From NCBI RefSeq assembly GCF_003214255.1, contig NZ_CP029011.1, positions 210,001 through 242,000 of the forward strand: 32,000 nucleotides of DNA. Reading direction: 5' to 3'. Numbering within the stretch: position 1 is the stretch's first letter; each line of letters begins with the position of its first letter. Source of the DNA: Candidatus Karelsulcia muelleri. GTDB taxonomy: Bacteria; Bacteroidota; Bacteroidia; Flavobacteriales; Blattabacteriaceae. Below, piece after piece: positions 18,292 through 25,679 of this stretch. The notes below the pieces were generated by a model. That model did not search any database and was not told where the DNA came from. It saw only the letters and a program-made list of their open reading frames with translations. Both the position numbers and the translations under genes were made by a program.

Positions 18292-19341
18292 TTATAATCT
18301 ATTTATGTTATTTAAATCTTCAAAAGATTTTATTAATCTTTTTTTTAAATTTTCTTCTCCTTTTCTAAGCCAAATTCTAGGATCATAATATTTTTTATTT
18401 GAAATATTTTTTCCATGTGGATTTCCAATTTGTTTTTTTAAAAATTCTAAATTAGAAATTATATATTTTTTTACTCCATTAGTAAATGAATATTGAATAT
18501 CTGTATCTAAATTCATTTTTATAACACCATAATTAATAGCTTTTTTAATTTCTTTTAAAGAAGCTCCAGAACCTCCATGAAATACAAAATTAATTGGATT
18601 TTTTTTTTTAAAAAAATCTTGACTTGTTTTTAAAATTTCAGGTTTAAGTTTTAATTTGTCTTTATATACTCCATGTACATTTCCAAATGAAGCAGCTATA
18701 AGAAATTTAGAATTAATTGTTTTTAATTCATTATAAAATCTAATAACATCTTTGGGATTTGTATAAAATTTTGAATCATTTAATTTGGTATTATCTTTTC
18801 CATCTTCTTCTCCTCCAGTTATTCCTAATTCCACTTCAAGTGTAAGATTTAGTTTTTTCATACGTTTAAAATATTTTTTTGAAAGTTTAATATTTTCAAT
18901 TAAAGGCTCTTCAGATAAATCAATCATATGAGAACTAAATAATGTTTTTCCAAAAAATTTATAATAAATTTCATTAATATTTAATAATCCATTTATCCAA
19001 GGTAATAATTTTTTATTACAATGATCAGTATGTAAAATAACTGGAATATTATAATATTTAGATATTTCATGGACATGTTTTGCGCCACATATTGAGCCTA
19101 AAATAGCTGCTTTTTCATTATTATCATTTAATGATTTTCCAGCAAGAAATAAGGCACCACCATAAGAAAATTGTATTATTATAGGAGAATTAACTTTTTT
19201 TGCCGTTTCAAGCACTGCATTAATAGTATTATTTCCAATTACGTTTACTGCAGGTAAAGCAAAATTTTCTTCTTTTGCATATTGAAAAATTTCTTCGACA
19301 AGAGACCCAGTTGCTATTCCTGAAGGGAATTTTTTTTTCAT
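18292..19341 (-). CDS. fbaA: Fructose-bisphosphate aldolase, class II
   Basis: 349-aa ORF with motifs LPAVNV, ILHTDHC, SHMIDLSEE, ELGITGGEEDG and FVFHGGSGA. Confidence 0.9.
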   Translation of the reverse strand: MKKKFPSGIATGSLVEEIFQYAKEENFALPAVNVIGNNTINAVLETAKKVNSPIIIQFSYGGALFLAGKSLNDNNEKAAILGSICGAKHVHEISKYYNIPVILHTDHCNKKLLPWINGLLNINEIYYKFFGKTLFSSHMIDLSEEPLIENIKLSKKYFKRMKKLNLTLEVELGITGGEEDGKDNTKLNDSKFYTNPKDVIRFYNELKTINSKFLIAASFGNVHGVYKDKLKLKPEILKTSQDFFKKKNPINFVFHGGSGASLKEIKKAINYGVIKMNLDTDIQYSFTNGVKKYIISNLEFLKKQIGNPHGKNISNKKYYDPRIWLRKGEENLKKRLIKSFEDLNNINRL

Positions 19342-20094
19342 TTATTTAATTTTAAGAATTTTATTTTTTAATTGGGTTAAAATTTTTTCCATAATTCCAT
19401 TAATAAATAATTTACTTTGTTTGGTAGAAAACATTTTAGATATTTCTATATATTCATTCATAATAACTTTAACAGGAATTCTAGAAAAAAAAAGTAATTC
19501 ACATATATACAAATGTAAAATAATTTTATCTATTAAAGATAAATTTTTAATTTTCCAATTATCTGATATATTATTAATAATGGAATTAAAATTTGTTTTA
19601 TTAATAATTGTATTTCTATATAAATTTTTTATAAAATAAATATAATTTTTTGAATCTTTTTCTTTCTCTTTAAAACTTTTTCTTCTTAAAAGAGAATTAC
19701 ATATTAATCTATGTACTAATTTTAAATTATTATTTCTAAACAATTTAGATAAAAATTTATTTTTTATAAAAAAAAAATAATAAAATTTTAATTTTTTATT
19801 TAAAATTTTTAATTTATAAAACAACAAATTATTTGTTTTTAATAACAAAAAATATATATCGTCTATCTGAAGTATACTTTTATAAAGTTTTTTTTCTAAA
19901 AAAAATCCATTTATATTAGAAACATAATATGTATATAAAAATTGCAGTATTAAAATACGTGAATTTCTTCTTCTTATTAATTTCAATTGTCTAATTTTTT
20001 TTAATTTTTTGTATATATATAAAAAAAAATCTATGATTACTATGATTATAAACTTAATTTTCTTACTAGTCAAACTACTAGTAAAACTGCCCAT
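19342..20094 (-). CDS. nusB: Transcription antitermination factor NusB (start uncertain)
   Basis: The C-terminal segment VIMNEYIEISKMFSTKQSKLFINGIMEKIL and the N-terminal RRRNSRILILQFLY match NusB hallmarks. The long middle insertion is Bacteroidetes-like. ATG 20094 gives 250 aa. The in-frame TTG at 19986 gives a 214-aa protein starting MKLIRRRNSRILILQFLY, which looks more canonical. Confidence 0.7.
   Translation of the reverse strand: MGSFTSSLTSKKIKFIIIVIIDFFLYIYKKLKKIRQLKLIRRRNSRILILQFLYTYYVSNINGFFLEKKLYKSILQIDDIYFLLLKTNNLLFYKLKILNKKLKFYYFFFIKNKFLSKLFRNNNLKLVHRLICNSLLRRKSFKEKEKDSKNYIYFIKNLYRNTIINKTNFNSIINNISDNWKIKNLSLIDKIILHLYICELLFFSRIPVKVIMNEYIEISKMFSTKQSKLFINGIMEKILTQLKNKILKIK
20012..20021. 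promoter_or_regulatory. (TA)5 tract, candidate promoter element upstream of the alternative nusB start
   Basis: tatatatata lies 26-35 bp upstream of the in-frame TTG at 19986 (minus strand). It falls inside the ORF if ATG 20094 is the true start. Confidence 0.25.
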
Positions 20095-20243
20095 AAAAAT
20101 AATAAAACTTATATTAAATATAATAAAATCAATTATTCATTTAATAATGAAATTATTAGGAATAATAATTTTTAGCTTATTATCTTATTCTATAAAATAT
20201 TCTATAAAAATTTTTTTCAAAAATTTCTTAAAAGATGTTTTAA

Positions 20244-20356
20244 TTAAGCTTCTTATATACTATTAAAAATCAATATATTAAAAATCAATATTAAGATTAA
20301 GCTTCTTATATACTATTAAAAATCAATATATTAAAAATCAATCTTAAGATTAAGCT
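20244..20356. repeat. 53-bp tandem repeat (2 full copies plus a 7-bp start of a third) with nested 15-bp tandem sub-repeats
   Basis: Copies at 20244-20296 and 20297-20349 differ at one position (20290 a vs 20343 c). The motif ttaagct restarts at 20350. Each unit contains tattaaaaatcaata twice in tandem, for example at 20261-20275 and 20276-20290. Confidence 0.95.
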
Positions 20357-20392
20357 GATTTAAAATCATATACTCTTAAAAGATTCAATTTT

Positions 20393-21361
20393 TTATTTAC
20401 ATAAATAAGGTCTTAATAATTTTTTTCTATAAGAAATTCTTAATCTTTTAATACCATTAATTTCTATTTGTCGGCAACGTTCTCTAGTTAACTTTAATAA
20501 AAAAGCTACTTTTTCTAAAGTCATTGGTTTACATCCAAATCCATAATGTAAAGATATTACTTGAGATTCTTTTTCTGAAAGAGTTTCCAATAATATTTTT
20601 ATATCTTTAAAAAAAGATTCTTTTTCTAATTTAAAATCTGGTTCAGGAGAAGTTTCCGATTTAAGAACATCATATAAATTAGTATCTTCTCCTTCTAAAA
20701 TTGGCGCATCTAAAGATGTAGGTTGAATGGAATTTTTCAAAGCTTCTTCAACTTCTTTTTCACTACTATTTAAGTAAACTACTATATCATTTACAGTAGG
20801 TTGCATTTTAAGTTTTTGTTCTAATTTAGAATAAGTTTTAACTACTTTATTATAAAAAGCTAGTTTATTTGTAGGACAACGGATACATCGAGCTTGATCT
20901 GCTATAGCTTGTAAAATAGCTTGTCTAATCCACCAAACACAATAAGAAATACATTTAAAACCTTTTTTTTCATCAAATCTACTTATTCCTTTAATAAGAC
21001 CTAAATTTCCTTCATTAATTAAATCAGATAAACTTAATCCTTGATTTTGATATTGTTTGGCAACAGAGACTACAAATCTTAAATTTGATTTAATTAACTG
21101 CTCAAGAGCAGTACCAGCAGACCCCTCTGATAATTCTTTTCGAGCTAATTTAGCTAATTCTAATTCTTTTTTTTGAGATAATAAAGGAATTTTTCCTATC
21201 TCCTCAAGATATTTTTCTAAAGATTCATCTTCATATTCATCTGAATCTTCAGATTCAGATTCAGATTCATATTCATATTCATATTCATATTCATATGAAG
21301 ATTCATATTCATTATTAATTATTTGTTTTTTCAGATTTTTAATATCATATTTCATTTTCAT
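20393..21361 (-). CDS. rpoD: RNA polymerase sigma-70 factor RpoD
   Basis: 322-aa ORF with region 2 (YCVWWIRQAILQAIADQARCIRCPTNK), region 3, and region 4.2 (LTRERCRQIEINGIKRLR). The N-terminus carries an unusual acidic repeat tract. Confidence 0.92.
   Translation of the reverse strand: MKMKYDIKNLKKQIINNEYESSYEYEYEYEYESESESEDSDEYEDESLEKYLEEIGKIPLLSQKKELELAKLARKELSEGSAGTALEQLIKSNLRFVVSVAKQYQNQGLSLSDLINEGNLGLIKGISRFDEKKGFKCISYCVWWIRQAILQAIADQARCIRCPTNKLAFYNKVVKTYSKLEQKLKMQPTVNDIVVYLNSSEKEVEEALKNSIQPTSLDAPILEGEDTNLYDVLKSETSPEPDFKLEKESFFKDIKILLETLSEKESQVISLHYGFGCKPMTLEKVAFLLKLTRERCRQIEINGIKRLRISYRKKLLRPYLCK
21252..21293 (-). repeat. Hexanucleotide repeats (GATTCA)3(TATTCA)4 on the plus strand, encoding (ES)n/(EY)n in rpoD
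   Basis: Read directly: gattca x3 at 21252-21269, then tattca x4 at 21270-21293. On the coding strand these are GAA-TCT and GAA-TAT codon pairs. Confidence 0.9.
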
Positions 21362-21367
21362 AAAAGT

Positions 21368-23446
21368 TTATATAATTCTTTTAAAATTTATTTTTCCGTT
21401 TTTATTTACAGATTTAATTTTTATCCAATCCCCTTTTCTTAGAAAAGAATAAAGATTTAAATTTTTAAAATTTTCAGATTTTTTTAAATCCATTGTTTGC
21501 CCTGAAGGCAAAATAATAATTAATTCAGAATTTTTAATAGATTTAATTTTTACTTTATAAAGTTTTTCTTTTTTAGGAAAAAAAATTAAGTTTTTAATTT
21601 TGAAAATAGCATTTTTAATTTGTTTATCAGTTTTTCCATAAATTTCTATTATTCCTAAATTTTCTTTTTCTTCTATTTTTAAATTAGTATTTGTTGAAGT
21701 TTTAATTTCTTGTATAATTTTTCCACCAGATCCAATTACAGTTCCTATCAACTTTTTTTTAATTTCAAAATAAAAAATTTTGGGGGAATTTTCTTTCAAA
21801 GAAGGGGATTTAATTGTATTCAATATTTTTTTTATTAAAAATAATAAACAATTTTTTGCTTTTAAAATTGAATTCAATAACATTTCATAGTTTGAACCAG
21901 GAAAGTTAATATCCATTTGACATGCTGTTATTCCAAATTTTGTTCCTGTCATTTTAAAATCCATATCTCCAATATTATCTTCATCTCCTAAAATATCTGA
22001 AAGAATTATTGCTTCATCTGTTAAAAAATTAATAATTAATCCCATTGAAATTCCTGAAACAGGTCTTTTAATGGGAATTCCTGCATCCATTAATGCTAAT
22101 GTACTTGCACAAACAGTAGCCATAGAAGATGATCCATTTGATTCTAAAATATCTGATACTACTCTTATAGTATAAGGGGTTTTAAAAGGAATTATATTTT
22201 TTAATGCACGTTGAGCTAAATTGCCATGTCCAATTTCCCGTCTTGAAATTCCTTTTAATAATTTTATTTCTCCAGTTGAAAACGGAGGAAAATTATAATG
22301 TAAATAAAATTTTTGTTTATCTTGTAATATCACATTATCAATTTTATTAACATCTAAGGAAGAACCTAAAGTAACTGTAGATAATGCTTGAGTTTCTCCT
22401 CTGGAAAAAATTGCTGATCCATGAACACTAGGCAAAAAATTTGTTTTACTCCAGATCTTTCTAAGATCATCTAATGATCTTCCATCTAAACGATGATTTT
22501 CTTTTAAAATAATTTCTCTCAAAATTTCTTTTTTTAATATTTCAAATATATAATTTTGTTCATCTTCATTAAGAATTAAATTGTCATATAAAAAATAATT
22601 ATTTATTTTTAATAACAAAATTTCCATTTGTTGAAAACGAATTATAGATGAAGCTTGTTTATATAAACAATATATTTTTTCATAAAAAATATATTTTATT
22701 TTTTTTTTTAAATAAATAAAATTTAAGTTGTTAAAAACAGGGAAATTCTTACTTTTAATTTTTAAGTTTTTAATTAAATTAATTTGAGCAGTTATTTGTA
22801 ATTTTATAAAAAAATGTGCTATTTTTATAAAATAAATAATTTCATTTTCAGAAATTTCTTTCATTTCTCCTTCTATCATTAGAATAGAATTTTTAGTGCC
22901 TCCTATAATTAAATTTATATCTGATTTTTTAACACTTTTTATTCCAGGATTAATCAAAAATGAATTTTGAAATCTAATAATTCTAACTGCTGAAACAGGT
23001 CCTTTAAAAGGAATTCCTGAAATAGAAACAGCAGCAGAAGCTACTAATCCAGCTAAACCATCAGGTAATACATTTATATCATATGATAATAAATAAATTA
23101 TTATTTGAATTTCTTTCAAAAAATTTTGTGGAAAAAGTGGACGTAATAAACGATCTATTAATCTCATTGTTAAAACTTCTTCATCAGAAGGTCTTCTCTC
23201 ACGTTTTAGAAATCCACCAGGAATTTTCCCCCCAGCTGAATAATTTTCTTTATAATCAATTATTAAAGGTAAAAAATTAATTCCTTCTTTTTCCTTTTTT
23301 GAAATTACAATAGTAGCGATTAAACTAGTTTTTCCCATTCGAACTACAGCTGTACCATTAGCTTGACAAGCTAATTTACCAGTTTCAATACTGATAATCT
23401 GTCCATCTTCTAAAAAGATATTTTCTTTTATTAATTCTGGTATCAT
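21368..23446 (-). CDS. pnp: Polyribonucleotide nucleotidyltransferase (PNPase)
   Basis: 692-aa ORF with two RNase PH-like domains (RLDGRSLDDLRKI, GHGNLAQRAL, GSSSMATVCASTLALMDAGIP), followed by KH (IGTVIGSGGKIIQEI) and a degenerate S1 C-terminus. It follows rpsO as in most bacteria. Confidence 0.93.
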   Translation of the reverse strand: MIPELIKENIFLEDGQIISIETGKLACQANGTAVVRMGKTSLIATIVISKKEKEGINFLPLIIDYKENYSAGGKIPGGFLKRERRPSDEEVLTMRLIDRLLRPLFPQNFLKEIQIIIYLLSYDINVLPDGLAGLVASAAVSISGIPFKGPVSAVRIIRFQNSFLINPGIKSVKKSDINLIIGGTKNSILMIEGEMKEISENEIIYFIKIAHFFIKLQITAQINLIKNLKIKSKNFPVFNNLNFIYLKKKIKYIFYEKIYCLYKQASSIIRFQQMEILLLKINNYFLYDNLILNEDEQNYIFEILKKEILREIILKENHRLDGRSLDDLRKIWSKTNFLPSVHGSAIFSRGETQALSTVTLGSSLDVNKIDNVILQDKQKFYLHYNFPPFSTGEIKLLKGISRREIGHGNLAQRALKNIIPFKTPYTIRVVSDILESNGSSSMATVCASTLALMDAGIPIKRPVSGISMGLIINFLTDEAIILSDILGDEDNIGDMDFKMTGTKFGITACQMDINFPGSNYEMLLNSILKAKNCLLFLIKKILNTIKSPSLKENSPKIFYFEIKKKLIGTVIGSGGKIIQEIKTSTNTNLKIEEKENLGIIEIYGKTDKQIKNAIFKIKNLIFFPKKEKLYKVKIKSIKNSELIIILPSGQTMDLKKSENFKNLNLYSFLRKGDWIKIKSVNKNGKINFKRII

Positions 23447-23459
23447 TGAAAATCTTTTA

Positions 23460-23732
23460 TTAAACGGTTCCAGTTTTAATTCTTTTTAAAATTGTTTTAA
23501 ACAATTTTATGTTATTTTTTTTTAAATATTTAAGTAATTTTTTTCTTTTATAAACTAAAATTCGTAAAGATCTTTCTGAATTAAAATCCTTTTTATTTTT
23601 TTTAAGATGATTGCTAATTTTATTTATTTTCAATGTAAAAAAAGAAATTTGAACAATACAGTTTCCTGTATCAGTTTCTGATTTACCATACTTTTTTATT
23701 ATTTCTTTTTTTTTTTTTAAAGGTAAAGACAT
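23460..23732 (-). CDS. rpsO: 30S ribosomal protein S15
   Basis: 90-aa ORF with YGKSETDTGNCIVQISFFTLKINKISNHLKKNKKDFNSERSL, matching the uS15 pattern, upstream of pnp. Confidence 0.9.
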   Translation of the reverse strand: MSLPLKKKKEIIKKYGKSETDTGNCIVQISFFTLKINKISNHLKKNKKDFNSERSLRILVYKRKKLLKYLKKNNIKLFKTILKRIKTGTV

Positions 23733-23749
23733 ATATTATATTTTTTTAT

Positions 23750-24475
23750 TTATTTTTTTGCAATATAAATTGAAACAATTCCAAAAGTTAATTGGATTGT
23801 TTTAATTAATTTAAAATTAAATTGTTTAAATTTTTTTTTTAAATTTACATTTTTATAAAAAAAATCAATAGATTTAATTAAATAATTATAAGCAAATAAA
23901 TTTTTATAAAAACTTTTTATTATTAAAGGAATAATTTTTTTTGAATAAAATTTATAAATATAATTAAAATTAAAAGAATTATTAGATTTAGAAAATTCTA
24001 ATATAATTAGATATCCATTTAGAGATAAAACTCTATAAATTTCTTTAAAAACATTATTAATATTTTCAAAATTTCTAATTCCAAAAACTATAGTAACAAT
24101 GTCAAATTGATTTTTTTTAATAAAAAATAATTTTTGACAATCAGCTTTAATTAATTTTACATTTTTATAATTTTTTAATTTATTTTTTCCAATAGAAATC
24201 ATTTTATTAGAAATATCTATTCCTAATAAATTTAACTTTTTAAGTTTATTAACTAATAAAATTGGAATATTTCCTGTTCCTGTGGCTAAATCTAAAACTA
24301 ATTTAGGATTATAATTAATTATTATCTCAGATAATTTTTTTCTCCATTTTCGATCATATCCAAATGATATAATATTATTTATTTTATCATAATTATGATA
24401 AATAATATCAAACATTTTTTTTATTTGAATAGTTTTATTAAATTTAGCTTTTTTAAAAGGTTTAATTTTTATCAT
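23750..24475 (-). CDS. ubiE: Demethylmenaquinone/ubiquinone C-methyltransferase (UbiE/MenG family)
   Basis: 241-aa ORF with an N-terminal MFDIIYHNYDKINNIISFGYDRKWRKK and the SAM motif VLDLATGTGNI. Confidence 0.8.
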   Translation of the reverse strand: MIKIKPFKKAKFNKTIQIKKMFDIIYHNYDKINNIISFGYDRKWRKKLSEIIINYNPKLVLDLATGTGNIPILLVNKLKKLNLLGIDISNKMISIGKNKLKNYKNVKLIKADCQKLFFIKKNQFDIVTIVFGIRNFENINNVFKEIYRVLSLNGYLIILEFSKSNNSFNFNYIYKFYSKKIIPLIIKSFYKNLFAYNYLIKSIDFFYKNVNLKKKFKQFNFKLIKTIQLTFGIVSIYIAKK

Positions 24476-24509
24476 TACATTAATATAATAAATTAAAATA
24501 AAAATAATT

Positions 24510-24752
24510 ATGAAAAAAAAAATTCATCCAAAAAATTATAGAATGGTCTGTTTTCAAGATATGATTAGTAATCAAACTTTTTTTTGTAAATCTACTATTT
24601 TTACTAAGGAAAAAATCAATATAGATGGAAAAGAATTTCCATTTTATAAATTGGAAATTTCAAGTTATTCTCATCCTTTTTATACAGGAAATATGAAATA
24701 TATTTCGGAAACTGGCAGAATAGAAAAATTTAATAAAAAATATAAAATTTAA
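24510..24752 (+). CDS. rpmE: 50S ribosomal protein L31 (type B-like)
   Basis: 80-aa ORF with MKKKIHPKNY..., SSYSHPFYTG and GRIEKFNKKY. Confidence 0.88.
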   Translation: MKKKIHPKNYRMVCFQDMISNQTFFCKSTIFTKEKINIDGKEFPFYKLEISSYSHPFYTGNMKYISETGRIEKFNKKYKI

Positions 24753-24771
24753 ATAAAAAATTAAAATTTAT

Positions 24772-24780
24772 TATATATAT
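24772..24780. promoter_or_regulatory. (TA)4.5 tract, candidate promoter element upstream of rpsL (str/S10 operon)
   Basis: tatatatat lies 23-31 bp upstream of the rpsL ATG at 24803, in the 50-bp rpmE-rpsL spacer. Confidence 0.3.
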
Positions 24781-24802
24781 TTAAATGAAATTATTTTTTA
24801 AT

Positions 24803-25180
24803 ATGCCCACTATACAACAATTGATAAAAAAAGGAAGAGAAAAAATTCCTAATAAAAGTAAATCTCTTGCATTAAATCGTTGTCCTCAAAAACGAGGAGT
24901 TTGTACAAGAGTATATACAACCACTCCTAAAAAACCCAATTCTGCAATGAGAAAAGTTGCCCGGGTGAAATTAACAAATGGAAAAGAAGTAAATGCTTAT
25001 ATTCCCGGAGAAGGACATAATCTTCAAGAGCATTCTCTTGTTTTAATAAGAGGGGGAAGGGTGAAAGATTTACCAGGTGTTCGCTATCATATAATACGTG
25101 GAGCTTTAGATACTGCTGGTGTTAAAGATAGAAAAAAAGCTCGTAGTAAATATGGCACAAAAAAACCTAAAAAAACCTAA
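24803..25180 (+). CDS. rpsL: 30S ribosomal protein S12
   Basis: The product from ATG 24803 begins [14 protein letters not shown], the canonical uS12 start, and contains [14 protein letters not shown] and [13 protein letters not shown]. The ORF track start at 24785 adds 6 non-homologous residues. Confidence 0.95.
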   Translation: MPTIQQLIKKGREKIPNKSKSLALNRCPQKRGVCTRVYTTTPKKPNSAMRKVARVKLTNGKEVNAYIPGEGHNLQEHSLVLIRGGRVKDLPGVRYHIIRGALDTAGVKDRKKARSKYGTKKPKKT

Positions 25181-25191
25181 AAATAAAAAAT

Positions 25192-25668
25192 ATGAGAAAA
25201 TTTAAATCAAAAAAAAAAATTTATCAACCGGATCCTAAATTTCAAGAAACGTTAGTAACACGTTTTGTAAATCATTTAATGAAAAATGGAAAAAAAACTT
25301 TAGCATATAAAATATTTTATAAATCTATAGATGAAATAGAAAAAAAAAAAGAGAATAAAAAAAAATCTGGAATAGAAATTTGGAAAAAAGCATTAAAAAA
25401 TGTAATGCCTCATGTAGAAGTTAGAAGTAGACGGATTGGAGGGTCTAATCTTCAAATTCCTACACCAATTAAACCTTATGTAAAAGTTACTAAAGCTATG
25501 AAATTATTAATTAATTGTGCTCGTCAAAGAAATGAAAAAAGTATGTATAAAAAATTAGCGGAAGAAACGTTATCAGCTTCTAAAAAAGAAGGAACTGCTT
25601 TTAAAAAACGTGAAACTATTCATAAAATAGCTGAAGCAAATAAAGCTTTTTCTCATTTTAGGTTTTAA
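25192..25668 (+). CDS. rpsG: 30S ribosomal protein S7
   Basis: 158-aa ORF with [39 protein letters not shown] and AFSHFRF at the C-terminus. Confidence 0.95.
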   Translation: MRKFKSKKKIYQPDPKFQETLVTRFVNHLMKNGKKTLAYKIFYKSIDEIEKKKENKKKSGIEIWKKALKNVMPHVEVRSRRIGGSNLQIPTPIKPYVKVTKAMKLLINCARQRNEKSMYKKLAEETLSASKKEGTAFKKRETIHKIAEANKAFSHFRF

Positions 25669-25679
25669 ATTATGAATTT

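Noticed and set aside
19421-19639. 72-aa ORF antisense to nusB
   Set aside because: It is a shadow ORF inside nusB, with no recognisable features.
20063-20084. Inverted repeat TTACTAGT-N6-ACTAGTAA as a Rho-independent terminator for rpoD
   Set aside because: No U-tract follows on either strand, and the stem is AT-rich with only 2 G-C pairs. It also lies about 300 bp from the rpoD stop.
20009-20266. 85-aa hydrophobic ORF as a confident protein-coding gene
   Set aside because: I did not annotate it as a feature. It starts at TTG inside a (TA)n tract and overlaps the annotated nusB 5' end. Its Ile/Leu/Lys composition is what random AT-rich sequence yields, and it has no recognisable family motif. 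I kept it only as a question inside the spacer finding.
20244-20356. 53-bp direct repeats as a CRISPR array (also considered for the rplW repeats at 29593-29870)
   Set aside because: The repeats are directly contiguous with no unique spacers and have no palindromic core, and no cas genes are present. The rplW repeats are in-frame coding sequence. Both are ordinary tandem duplications.
19987-20392. Large AT-rich repeat-bearing spacer as a replication origin
   Set aside because: Gene orientation does not switch here, since both flanks are on the minus strand. I saw no DnaA-box-like TTATCCACA motifs, and no replication genes are adjacent. It is possible but unsupported.
23083-23280. 65-aa ORF antisense to pnp
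   Set aside because: It is a shadow ORF inside the first RNase PH domain of PNPase.
24785-24802. Upstream extension of rpsL (MKLFFN-)
   Set aside because: S12 universally begins [10 protein letters not shown], which corresponds to ATG 24803.
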